Shown here one piece after another: positions 26,306 to 39,245 of a stretch of 64,000 nucleotides of DNA. The notes under the pieces are model-generated. The model saw nothing but the letters and a program-made list of their open reading frames with translations, ran no database searches and was not told the origin of the DNA. The DNA comes from Somniosus microcephalus (lineage: Eukaryota). The position numbers were made by a program, and so were the translations under genes. The stretch spans positions 46,314,001 to 46,378,000 of the forward strand of contig CM126207.1 in NCBI GenBank assembly GCA_052327205.1, written 5' to 3'. Each line of letters begins with the position of its first letter. Within the stretch, counting starts at the first letter, position 1.

Positions 26306-26550
26306 TGCAGATTGGGTGAATGTTTATGTGTATTGATGAAATGCCATCCCTGTTGGAAAGCATTAAAATGATTTGATGGCAAAATGTTGGCGTGATAACA
26401 TCTGTTCTTTCGCCTTAGGCAGCTCCACATTACAGGCTCCGCGACACTTGCATTGTCAGGTTGGTGGCCAGAGTGAAAGGAGGCCAGAGTCATTTCAATT
26501 GTCTATCATGTCTTAAGATGGAGCCAAGGACATGTGCCAACATGGGCAAC

Positions 26551-27803
26551 CTATGCAAATCTGGCCAGGATGAGTGCATCCCTTGCATCACGGGCAGCCA
26601 TGTGCTCGCCTACTGCGGCTGCTGCTGGTCGATAGACTGGCGCTTGGTCCTCCTCCTGCTCCTCCTCCTCCTCAGCCTCCTCATCCTCCTCCTCTTCCTC
26701 CTCCTCATCTGATGAGGCATGGAACTGAGCCACTTGCTCATCAAGAAGCTGCAAGCCACAACGCTGTGCCATGTTGTGCAGTGCACAGCAGACCACGACC
26801 ATTCTGGAGACCCTGTATGGTGTATACTGCAGGGCTCCACCTGATCGGTCAAGGCATCGGAAGCACATCTTCAACAACCCAATGGTTTGCTCGATGGTGG
26901 ACCTGGTTGAAGTGTGGCTGGCATTGTAGCGCTCTTCAGCCTCGTTAGCTGGCCTCCTGATCGGCGTCATTAGCCACTTCTTCAGTGGGTAGCCTTTGTC
27001 ACCAAGGAGCCATCCGTTAAGTTGGTTTGGTGGATTGAAAAGCGGAGGAACACTAGAGTTCCGCAGGATTGGGAACTACCACAGAACTTGGCACAAATAT
27101 GCAAAAACTCCTTCTTGTGGTTACACACCAGCTGTATGTTGAAGGAGTGGAAGCCCTTGCAGTTGACAAAGATAGCTGATTTGTGATGGGGTGCCCTAAG
27201 GGCCACATGTGTGTAGTCTATGATGCCTTGCACCATTGGCAAGCCTGCCATATTTGCAAAGCCAACCGAATGTGTGGTTATACTTGCTTGATCCCTTGAG
27301 AAGTGGATGTAATTGTGCGGCTTTGCGAAAAGGGCATCGGTAACTTGGGTGATGCAACTGTGGGCGGCCGACTGGGAGATGCCGCTGATGTCTGCTGAGA
27401 ATCCCTGGAAGGAGCCTGAGGCAAAAAAGTTGAGTGCGGTGGTGACTTTGACAGCCACTGGTAAGGGGTGTCCACCCGTTCCTCTGGGCACCAGGTCTTG
27501 CTGCAGCAGTCCGCAGATCTCTCGGACAACCTCTCACGAAAGGCTCAGCCTCCTTTGGCACTGCTGCTCACTCATTTTGAGGTAGCTCATCCTCTGTCTG
27601 TAAACCCTCTGTTGGGGGTATCTCCTGCAGCGAGGTGCCTCGATGCACTGGCACCTTCTGCCCTGTGCAGCATCAGGTGGCTGAGCAGGAGGTTGGGGCT
27701 CCTCCTGCTGCTGCTGCTGCTGAGCTGCCTGGTTCTGCTGCTGCCGTGGATGCTCCTCATCCAAATCTGAGGTCCATGGTGAAAGGAAATGAATGGTTCC
27801 CAT
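26551..27803 (-). pseudogene. Harbinger DDE transposase (HARBI1-family), disrupted
   Basis: Motifs [121 protein letters not shown]. In-frame TGA at 27534-27536 and a frameshifting deletion at ~27070. Confidence 0.93.
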
Positions 27804-29104
27804 GCCGCTTGCAGATGTCTCCATTGGGGAAGCGCTTATTCCAAGCGGGGAGAGGGTCTTCCAAGGAGGTCCCACAGTTGACAGATAGAAGCTGCAGCAC
27901 CTCCGACTTCGGAAGGCCTGCTAAAAGTGCTGAAAGACCTTTTAAAGCAAAGTTCTGCTACCTGCAACTAATCCCTGATGAAAGCGCCGTTTTAATGGTG
28001 GAGCTGCAGCTGTGAAGAGGCCACCCACTTGTCAACCCGCCAGGTTTAGCTGGCGTGGTTTAGGAGGGTTGTGGAACACGCTGAAAATGTCGAAAAATAA
28101 CGAGGGCCTCTCAAAATAGGCTTAGAGAGGCCCTTAACGAGCATTTAAGGCACTTAATAGGCTCTCTGGCCTGCTGGAGGTGGGACCGTTTCCCACCCTG
28201 CAAATCCGGCACTGCCAAAATTGCGCGGAGGCGGGTTCCGAACCCGCACTCCTTTTTTCCAATTTTCCCACCTTTCCCGCCTCCAAACACGCTTCCTCGG
28301 GGCTGAGAAAATCGCCCCTGTTGTCTCAGCTAGGAAAACTGAGTCGCAGCTTAATATAATAAATAGGAAAATTGAAGCGCGACAGAAAATCGTAACAGAA
28401 ATAGCATGACAAAATTCATGTTACAGAACATAATCAGAGGAAAACTGTTAGAACAAGTGTGACACTTGCAAGAAGCGCATGTTAAGTATTACTAGTGGAT
28501 CACCTATGGCATTGCTCTTGGGAAGTCTGGATATGTGTTCGCTTTCTCCTACCTATGTCTGTTGTCTTCTTGTAACAGGGAGTGGGGAGCATTAGTGAGT
28601 GTTTCCCTTTTCTTCTGCCTCTTTCCCTTGCATTCCCTCCTTTCTGGTTTTCTGTCTGTGTGCTGTTCTGCTTTTGACTCTGCATTTCCCCCACACCATG
28701 AGGATAACAATATGTAACAGTAATGTCCAAAAAAAGTGAGTCTTATTTGGTGAATCTATATTGACCATATGAGCGCAGTATCTATTCATTTTCTTTCTTC
28801 TTCATTAGTTAAGTGTTTTTTTAGTCTCATTGTTTTTCTACTTTGTAATAAGTTATTTTCTATTTTTGCTAGCTCACCAATTATATTACAGCACAAAAAT
28901 TCTCTCCAAGCATATTGCAAAACACAAAATTTCTAACATGCTGCTGCCATAATTGTTGCTCACCCACCTGACTATATACGCCTAAAAGTAACATTTATAC
29001 ATTTGCATTTCCATCTTCCAATCTTTCCAACAAGTTTCCCTTCCCTTTATATGCAAAGCCCAACACATCCTACTAGGCCTGATCAATAACCTTGACTAGG
29101 TTCT

Positions 29105-29660
29105 GCTATAGGCTCAAATAAGCTGTTTCGTTATCAGAGGAGTTGCAAATGGAGCTAAATGCTGTAGGATTGTCAGCGAATAGCCCTACTCCTTACCTTA
29201 TGACAGAGGGAAGGTCAGAGATGCAGCAGCTAAAGATGATTGGGCTGAGAAAGGTTCCCTAAGGAGCTCCTGCACTGATGTCCTGTGGTTACAATGATTA
29301 GACTTTGAAAAGCACAACCATCTTCCTGTGTAGTATGACTCTAGCCACTGGAGGGTTTTCCCTTTGACCTCAGTTTTTGGGTTCCTTGGTGCCATACTCA
29401 AGTCAAATGCTGCTTTGATGTCAAGGACAGTTACTCTCACCTCTCCTCTGCCATTCACGTCTTGTGTCTATGTCTAGATCAAGGCTGTGATGATGTAGGA
29501 AGTTGAGTGGTTCTGGCAGACCTCATGTTGAGCCTCGGTGAGTATTTGCTGCTTCATTGCACTATTGATGATGACTTCCATCACTTTGCTGATGATAGGG
29601 AGGAGGCTGAAAGCGTGGTAATAGGCTAGAGTTAGATTTGTCCTGGTCTTTTCTGATGCC
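29105..29660 (-). mobile_element. LINE reverse-transcriptase fragment (CR1/Crack group)
   Basis: SLLPIISKVMEVIINSAMKQ and GEVRVTVLDIKAAFD..., GKTLQWLESY RT motifs on the minus strand, frameshifted. Confidence 0.75.
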
Positions 29661-32600
29661 ACGATTTAGGAGCACTGGAGAGAGGGACAGCAATACAGAA
29701 GGAAGATGTTGAGATGTTGCTGTACTGGCAATGGGGATATTTTGGGGTTTGACAGCAATGCAGCATGGACTGTGGGGTTTAACAGCACTGAGGAGATGGA
29801 GATCTTGGTATTGGCAGCATTGGAGAGGAGGGAAATTATGGATTTTGTAGCACTTGGGGAGAGCAGCAGTGGGGAACAGGGAGATCTTGGGGTTTTGTAT
29901 TGTGATCTAGCTGACAGGTGCATAATTAAGTCATACATAAACAATAGTTGTTTACAACTTAGTATAAAAATGAAAGCACAGGTGCTGTAAATCATTTGCC
30001 TTTGTCCTTTTTGGAGCTAGCTGCTCTAAATAAAAACAGTTGATAGTTTTGATGTGAAATATTTACTCAAAAAAGCTTCTTAAATTAATCTTCCAGCTTG
30101 TTTTGAACTTATTTGGAAAAATAAACTCTCATACTATTCTAACCTGCGTAAAGGCATGCTTCAACATATCTACTGAGAAAAATGAATCCGTTTTCTGTAA
30201 ACAATAATTGTTTACAATTTCTCAATATAAAGAAAAGAAAGTGTGTGTATTGTAATCACTCCATTTCTTTCTCACTTTCTCTCAAGTAAAAGTTTGATAG
30301 TTTAAATTTGAGACCTGACCTGAGCTTTTAAAATTCACTCGGCAGCTTGTTGTCAAATAATACGGGAAAACAAACTCAGAAGTCTTGTTACAGTATGAGA
30401 AAAGATGCATTTCCACTGAGAGCCATACTAATGGTTTCTGGGAAAATCGCCACACCGCACATTCTCAAATTGTGACATCCTGGGAAGTAAAAGCACAAGT
30501 GTAGTCTTGGCTCCCTTCAGCTGTCAGATTGATGGTTTGGGGAAAAATAGCAACTGCAAACCCAAGCTTTTGACAGAGGCCAAGGCATCCAAATTAAAAA
30601 CCTTAATGACGGCACTCAAATATACAAAAGGCAATTTTTTAGGTCAGTTTAATCTTGTTATTGTGAAATATGTATTTTTTTTTTAGTTAGAAACTTTCCC
30701 GACCTCCTCAGTTCTAATTTGTTCCTGTTTTACTTTGAGCTAATCAAGTATGATGCCTAAATGTGACACACAGGAAGTATCAATTTTTTAAGTATAGATA
30801 GCTATATATTAAATATACTTAACTACCAGTAGATACCCTGTGGTGTTACTCGTGGTGTGTCAGAGGATTTTTATAACAGTAGGGATGTTATGTTATGCAA
30901 TGCACAATTTATTATCAGGGCCATTGATTTACAGGGACTATATAAGTCATTCTTTTTTTCTTGCATGAGATTTGATATTTTTACTGGTGGTTTGGGGAAC
31001 AAATTTTAGAACTCTGGCCATTTTTCCATGAAATCTATGTCAGTGGCCTTGATTATTATTACATGTTCCTTCCCCTAGGTATTTAATTTTTAGCTCTCAC
31101 CTTGTTTAAAGTCCAGGATACACACGAAGATGTAGGCAATATGCAGCAGATTGGAGGTAGACCTGTGGTGTTTAGCTGTAATGGGGAGATGGAATTAAAG
31201 AATTTTGTAGCATTAATATTGTTTTTTGGGATGTGGTAGTGTTGGGGTGGTTCTGGGTACTGCAAAGGGAAACCTGGGTTTGGTAGCACTGGGGAAGGGT
31301 GGAATGTGGAGATTGGCTTATGGAATCATTCCTGTTGGCTGTCAGGAATGGATGGGTTATCCCAGTGTTTGGCAGAACTATATTGCAACAATGATTGCCA
31401 AATCTATGGACATTGGCGAAATACCGATTTCTGTCAGCACTGTTGTCCCAGAATATGGCAGCACTTTGGAGGATGTGGAAATCTGGAGCACTGAAATAAG
31501 GATGAAGTTCCATCAGTATTGGGGGCAGGAGTCACTGTCTGGAAACACTGGGGACTAGCGGTCTATGGGCATTGCAGGGAAGTACGAATGTCTGGGAACA
31601 TTCGAGGGAGGTACTAGGGGCAGAAGGTCCCAGGATGTTAATGCACTGGGAGGTTGACAGAGTAGGTAGCATTGGGTGGGGGGCGGGGGTGGGGAGTCTG
31701 GTTATTCAGGAGACTGAGCAATAGGGTTTTAGAACCAGGAGAGGGTCCTTTTTAGTACTGAAGAGGGAGTGATCAGTCTGATGGCACTAGAAGGAGGAGG
31801 GCTCATGGTCTGGCAGAATGTGACTCAATTTGTGTGTGTCTCTTTCTCTATATCAGTCTGTCTTTCTGTTACTCTTTCCCTCTCTCTCAATTTCTTTCTG
31901 TCAGATGTTAGCTTGGGGTTCCAGAATGAAGCTGATTTTTAAGTGCAAAATCCACTGTTATTGCATTTGCTGATTGCTTTTTAGTATACAGTTGACAAAT
32001 ACAGTATTTTGAGTAGTTTTGTGCTTAAAACTGGCTTTAGGCTGGGACTTAGACTGACACCTCAGGATCTTGTGGGAATTGTGAAGACACAAGGAAGCAG
32101 AGAGTTACAGAAAGGCAAGAAGAAATAGTAAGCAAGAGAGTCAAGATATAAACAGATATATAGAGATGACAATGAGAGAAAGTGCATGAGAAGCATACAG
32201 AGAGCAAAAGAGGAAGACAGAAAGAGTGAAAAACAAACAGAGGGAGGTAGGGAGAAAGAAAGAATGAATGAGAGAGTACAAGACCAGCAGAAACATAATT
32301 TTGCAAAGAGGCAGACACAATATTGTTTAGTCAATGAGCAATGCCAAAGGAAATCAACTGGTATTTAATGAAGAGATAGCATATGTAACAACACTGTAGA
32401 AGTGCATGTACACTGCTGCTCACTAACACAGGCATCAGGCACTGTGGGGTTAATTTCATAACACAGAAACGGTTTGGAGATACCAGTTTATGGTTACGCA
32501 TCAACTAATGAATCCTTATATAACCACCCCTTGAGACCACCACTGGGAGATGCCATCATTTGGATGTGTTCTAGTGAGTTTGCAATGAGTCTGGGGGATA

Positions 32601-35600
32601 TTATACTACACTTATGGGAGCGGATCTATAAAAACCACAGCAGAGCACCATTGCCAGAAAATTCAATGAAATGGTGTGTGAGACACAATCCTTTGTAGGT
32701 GACTCATGACCCAAGTTCTGACATGAGTCAAAAGCCCAGCCTAAGCAAAATGAACAGCTAAAAGAGAACATTTTCAGGAGTGAATGTAATCATGGTTACC
32801 AAGGGAAAAACCTCTCTAAACAGTTACAGCGATCTGTGAGCTACTTTGTATGAGAGAAAATAAGAAATCTCTCTAGTATGGCAATGTTGTCTAAAGCTAG
32901 TTTTACATGAAATGAGTGCCGTCGACTACAGATGTTCAGCTCTGTTGTCTTCAACTTCACTCTGTAGTAAAAACGACTCGACCTCTAGAGATCCAAAAGT
33001 ATTGGAACTCCACATTTTCACGGATCTTGCAAGCTGTTGTTGGGCTATAGTTAAAATTAACAGTGGCTCATCAACCCTGGAAAAGCAAGTTTTACACTCA
33101 CTAACCGGTATGGACCTTTCCCAGACATTTAGATAGTCAGATATTTAGTCAGAACGATGACTTCAGAATAGCTATGCAGTAAAAACATGGCAGTTTCTAC
33201 AGCAATCCGGACTCAGTTAGTATTTCAGAGCCACTTCACGCAATGGTCCTGCAGTATGAATGAGCTATAGATAGTTGTGTGACAAAGTCCAGCTCAAGTC
33301 ATTAAAAAAAACTGAATCCAGTATAACAGGAGACTAAACTTGTAATGAGACGCATCCACAATATTACTGGAAAGAGACAGCTGCTGACAGCAGGGACTAA
33401 AACATACCTACAGTTGGATGCCTTGCAGCCTCAATGTGTGGACAGCCAGAATGCTGGCAGATGCTGTATGCATCATTTACATTAGCTGAAAGTTTTTTTT
33501 TTAAAGAGTTGATGACCTATTGGGTTCTTCTCCCTTTCCCCGCTCCCATGGGCTTGGTGTCATCTGGTCTTACTGTGTAAAATTTGCATGAAATACATTT
33601 ATAAATCAAACTTGTCTTTTCTCCTCTTTTGTTCAAAGAAATGCTAGTTTCCTATCTCTGTTCCTAGTTTGTTTGTGAATCAGTTGTGAAATTCAACAAC
33701 TTGTATTTAAAAGTTTGAGACAAAGCACTGGACACTGGAATGCAACCAAAGTCACGGCTTGTCTGACAGCTGATGGAAGGCGATTCTGGAATGGTCCAGG
33801 CAAAGGCCCTTTTTTCTTTCCTGACGTGCATTACCATACTCAGCTGACATGCTGACAGCGGCATTGCTCCATATCCTCTCTCTTTTTTTGGAGAATGAAT
33901 GGCAGGGGAAATTCCTGATTAACTCCACAATATAGTGGCTGGCCTGTGGCAGCAAATTCCTGATGACAAGGATGTGGCCATTCAGCTGTAGAAAATCGTA
34001 GCACTGACCTCAAACTGCTTTCACAAGCAGATGTTTACCTGATAACTTCAATTTAAGTTTCAAATAAATTTCTTCATTGATTTTGGTATTTGCTTCTTAA
34101 AAGATAAACACACTCTTTGCAAAGTATGTCTTTCTTGGACAGTTTTATAAATTACTCTCAACACTTAATTAGAGTGGATGAGAGGGATGCCTCATTTCTC
34201 TTTGTTATAAATTAAGCTTTCAGTAATCCTAAACAAAAAGCTGAAATCTGGAAGCTATAGGATTTGGTAGCAGGATTATGGTCTCTCAGATAATGATGTG
34301 CAGTCAGCAGAACCAAAGCTGTATTTTAATTCAAATCAGCTGGTAAACAAACCATTGACATGTTTGTGGATGACAGCAACTGAGTCCCGTGGAAGTGTCT
34401 TAACAGCAAAATTATTATTATTTTTTCTGTCAAAGACAACTACTGAATAATAGACATGTCCCTTACTCCACATGGTACTGCATCCATTCTGCTTTTATGT
34501 AGGATGCTAGTAATGATACAGCCCTTCGTATTGTTCAATTAACCCTTTCCTGGCTCCAGTAGCTTTGGTTTCTGCAAAGGATGGGAACATGAGAAGTGCT
34601 CAGCTTCTTCCATGCCCCATTTTGTTCAATGAATAATGTATATTGTTGTACAGATCCATACGTTCCTCCAATTCTAAGTATATAATCAGTCTTCAACATT
34701 CAGTGAATGTCCCTCACTGCTAGATGAAAGTTCAGTGCTCAAATTGTGCTAAGCCATTACATTTCTGATCTTAAGGTTTTCTAATGAATTGGCTATAGTT
34801 TGTAAAATCTCTCTTTTATCCTAACTACGTGTTTTCAATTTCTAATATGTGTTTACCAGGTTGTGTAGTAAACAGCATTTGTCTGAATGAGAAGTGGTAA
34901 ACATATTCAGAATTCTGAAGTAGCATGAATGCATACTGATTATCTTTTTGGAAGATGCATTGTGTCTGATTACTTTGGTTTACAAGGTCATTGCACTCTC
35001 AATTGTTGGAGTGAATAAACACTATTGTTCAGGGCAAGCAATTCTTTATACCTTCTCAAGACACAAAAGCAATTTGTCATTATCAAAGAATAATTGTTGC
35101 TTTTGCTTTTTTGATATGTTTGAGTGTTTGCTAGCTAAGCAAGGAAAACATGTATAGTGCAGAAATTAAGAAGTCAGTGGTGTTGCTGCTATCAATTTTT
35201 TTACAAAAGGGTTTCAATAATGTTGTGTACTTTGAAGAACTAACAGTAAAGGGTGCTTGGTCAGAAATTTACAGTGAAATCAAAATGCAAAACACAATTT
35301 TAAAAATGTTTTAGATGTACTCATTCCGCACAGGACTATTTTCTAAAAACATGCCTGTCGATGTAATACTAAAGTTGGTTAGTTGAAGTGTTATCTTAAT
35401 AAAGATCCATATTCCATTTCCAAATCTCATAGTGTTGACATAAGTTCATGTTACTGGTAATTAACTTTGGTGGTACATCTAAGGCTTATGTAACTTTATA
35501 AGTATGCTACATTTTGTGGTTTACTGTTATTAAACTTTAATTCTCATAAAACTTCAGAGTCCATATACATCAGTCAAATTGAAGTTCATACATTTAAGAG

Positions 35601-35744
35601 TAAAATGAATTGTAATATATACAGAACTACAAATAAAACCCAATCAACTATAAAACAGGTTTATATTACTCATTTTGTTCATAACTATTAATGTATTTGT
35701 GTTATTATACTGTATTAAAGTCAATAATGTAAACTTTTTTAATG

Positions 35745-36420
35745 TTCTTTGCCTCCAATTTTCTCCCCTTCCTTCTTCAGAAACTTCAGTGCAGTACTGA
35801 GGGATTGCTGTACTACCGAAGGTGCCGTCTTTTGGATGAGATATTAAACTGAGGCTCCATCTGCCCTTGCAGGTGGCCGTAAAAGATCCCATGGCACTAT
35901 TCAAAGATGAGCATGTGTGTTCTCCAGTGTCCTGGCCAAAATTTATCCCTCAACCAACATAACCAAAGCAGATTAACTTGTCAATCATCTCCCTGCTGTT
36001 TGTGGGACCTTGCTGTTTGCAAATGGTTACTGCAGCTCCCTACATTACAACAGTGACTTCACTTCAAAAGTACTTAATTGGCTGTGAAGCTCTTTGGGAC
36101 ATCCTGGGGTCATGAAAGGTACTATAGAAATCCAATTTCTTTCTTTCCTTTTTTATCCTCACATGAAGGCACTGAAGGTACAGTACTACCGGTGCTGACC
36201 ACCGTCTGGTACATCACCCAAGTGACCATTCTTCATGTGTAAGCATAGATGGGAAGCATCAGCAAGCTATTTGATGGGGGGCATCACAGCAAAGCCTGAC
36301 CCTGTCTTCACCTGACATTTACGCACATGCCTTTTACAGCTGGAGGTCACTGAATAGCAATTAGAAAAGAGAACCCTGGCTGATTTGTTCCACTCCCCAA
36401 CCTCGGGCACTAAGGTCACT
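35745..36420 (-). mobile_element. AmnSINE2-like SINE split by a SacSINE1-like insertion
   Basis: Tail ccaattttctcccc at 35754; body resumes at ~36160 (tgaaggcactga...cccaagtgaccattcttcatgtgt...gcatcacagc..agcctgaccctgtc...gaaccctggctgattt). Confidence 0.65.
35785..36150 (+). mobile_element. Deu-domain SINE (SacSINE1-like)
   Basis: cagtgcagtactgaggg...aaagatcccatggcactattc...tgctgtttgtgggaccttgctgt...aaaggtactatagaaat followed by (TTTC)n. Confidence 0.8.
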
Positions 36421-38481
36421 ACTGGAAAATGTATGATATTGTTAATTTATTTAAATTTAGTACTGTTAAATGCAACAAGATTGAAGTAAAAATCCAAATG
36501 GCCAATTTTGTCCCAGTGACTCGTACCACCAAGTTTCTCAGACAGTATCTAAGCGGAGAGCTTGGTCTTTAGTAGTTAGTTGTTTTAAATAAAATGTGAG
36601 CAATTATTTGAAGGTGCAGCAGAGATTAACTACACCACTGAGTGCATTAAGGCACTTTAGTGGAGTTAAGTGTTTTGTTAGACAGCGATGTAATTTATTG
36701 AAGTGCATGGACAAACTTTCTATGAACTTTTCTCACTATCTGGGTTTATGTCTGTTGAAAAGCAAAAAAGCTTTGCTATTCATGGCTTCAGGTGTTCCCT
36801 CATCTGGAGCAGATTGCTTGCAGCATGGTGGTGAACCTAAAGCATTATTTGGACCTTAATCCCCTCCAAACCGGAAGGAGAAGGATTTATAGGGATCAGC
36901 AAAGCTTTGGATTCTGATTCCTCAAATTCAGAATTAATCGAAACTGTCAGTACAGAAAAGAAACTCAACTAAAAAAGATGACGATTTTTTAAAAAAATAG
37001 AAAAATGGGAAAAACAAGTACCATTAAAACCAATGAGAAGCTGCAGTGTGACCAACCAGCTACCAGAGATCAGCAGTGCACACCACCAGGGAGTGGAGCA
37101 TTCTGCACTTTATAAACCTGAAACAAGTGTAAACAAAGTTTGTTAAACAGCTTGTGAAACAGATCATTGATTTTGGTTCCTGGAGGCGCGTTACCCTTAG
37201 ATCACTAGGTCACAACCAAGACTTGCAGACAAAAACTCCAGATCACCACAGAGATTGAATACACATGTATATAGACCACCATGGCGATCAGGTGAACAAA
37301 TGGCACTAGACCACCAGGAAGACTGGGTACAAACATACCCAGTGGATTGTTGGGGGGGTTTGGATATTTGTGTAACACTGTTGCTCCCTGTCAGCTCCTA
37401 TTATGAGAAGCTCACAATTAGGCATGGTGATGTGCTTCCCTTTGGCTTGTTAGCGGGCAACATGACACCTTACACCATACATGGGCAGAAGGAGATAATG
37501 TGGTGTTGCACTTTGCAGCGCAGATAAAGACAAACAAAATGGCAGCATTTATTTTGAGATTGGTGTGGCACTCTCTGTTAATCTATGATCATCTATCTGT
37601 GCCATCTGAGTGACTTAAAAGTGCACCATCTGGAGCCTTCCTGAAGGCTCAATGGGACAATTTTTGCATAAGGTAGTCTGTTTACAAATGTAGAATTGAC
37701 ACTGGGTTGCCCTCACTCAGTACATCTCGCAGGCTGCTAGAAAAAGAATCCAACAGTCAGTGAACCTATAGACTGTTGGCAGGTCCAGGGAAATGATAGG
37801 CTCCCTGAACTGGTCAGTTTTTTAAGTTTTTAGCACTCATACTGTGATGTTGAAACAAGTGTTAATGTTACAGCAATAAAGTTGTTAAAATTTCAGGAGT
37901 AGCTTTAGTATTGCAATATTCAGGAAAACTATTCGGGTGCCATTGCTAGTGGCACTGGAGCAGAACAGACGCTGGGGGGAGGTTGTCAGATAATCAGGCA
38001 GAGATCGATCTCACTGGATCTGCATCAATTCCCTACCACCTACAAACTTTTAATTGGGTCTTGAGACAGGCAATAGACAGATCTAGCACCCAAAACTGGG
38101 CAATAACTACAACCCTGCCAATGGTCGCCCACATCCCAAGAACAACTTTAAAAAATTTTAAATTCTTATCATCATCCCTTCTTGTCTTTGCCCCACCCTA
38201 TCTTTGCAATCTCCTTCAGCCCGCTATACCCTCCCAAACACACCATTCCTCAGTCTGGTCTTCTGCTTAGCCTTCTCCTTTCACCCCAGCATGGCAGGCT
38301 TTTCAGCCAACTTCGTCCTAGACTCTGGAACTCTGTAAATCTATCCAGGACATTTCTTTAGGTTAAAAGTGACTTGTTGTAATCCCTATGGCTCAGCTGC
38401 ACATCAGGCATTGCATTGCACTAAACCATTGAAATATGAGTTACAGTACTTCCAACTTTGAAAACTTACAAATGATTTATT

Positions 38482-39245
38482 GGGCAGGATTTTGCTCTCA
38501 TCATGAACGAACGGCGCCAGCCGTTCATTACACTTGTACTTGCCTGCAGACTTTCTATGGGATTTTGCACTGGAATTTACTCTAATTAGAAAGCCATTTC
38601 AGCGCAACACCCTCTACAGGGGATCTGGGACCTGTGTGAACAGGGCAAGCAACTGTGTATCTCCTTAACCAATCAGATTGAAGAGTTGTTGCTGAGCCAT
38701 GCAGAGTCTGAATTAGGAAGTGTAAGTTAGAATATTTAATTTAATGTCAAATCAGGTACAGAAAGTGAAATAAAGAAAGGTGGGATTGCGAGAGAGAGAC
38801 AAAAGAGACACAGATAATTTTTTTTTAATAATTTAAATTTGTTTTTTAAAATCTCCAACAATAATTAACATCTGAAGTAATGAGATTCCACACTTGTAAA
38901 AGTTAATTTTCAGTACCAGAGAGGTTATTTGCAGTAATTAAGACTTATCACGCCATTAAAAATGTACTTACACTGGAATAGACAAGCCCTAACTTTTTCT
39001 GGTGAGTTTAGTGGGTATCTATCACGTAAGTACAGCAACTTCACGCCCTTCTATGTGTTTCAATGCCGAGTCTCTGGGCGAGATACAGCACTGCTTTTGG
39101 AGGAGCAAAGCAACTCGGACAGCAACTTCTTGATTTCTGCGTTTAATTGCACATGTGCAGTCGCTATAGGTTGCTTTCCGATTTACACTTTAATAATGAT
39201 GAGCACTATTAGCCTCACTGTTATTTCTACAGCAAAATCTTGCTC
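38482..39245 (+). mobile_element. Harbinger-type MITE family A, copy 3
   Basis: TIRs GGGCAGGATTTTGCT / AGCAAAATCTTGCTC; TSD ATT/ATT; collinear with 998-1751. Confidence 0.85.

Larger units (their letters stand above)
25853..28318 (-). mobile_element. PIF/Harbinger DNA transposon, internally deleted copy of an autonomous element
   Basis: TIRs GGGGCGATTTTCCCA / TGAGAAAATCGCCCC; subterminal ggaggcggg/cccgcctcc repeats at both ends; convergent transposase and Myb/SANT genes. TSD not clearly preserved. Confidence 0.93.

Noticed and set aside
26551-27803. Domesticated host gene HARBI1
   Set aside because: Flanked by TIRs, paired with a Myb/SANT fragment, and disrupted by a stop and a frameshift; it is a transposon copy.
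36990-38020. Possible LTR-like relic (TATAAA, AATAAAG followed by GT-rich sequence)
   Set aside because: TG...CA termini and a TSD could not be defined by eye.
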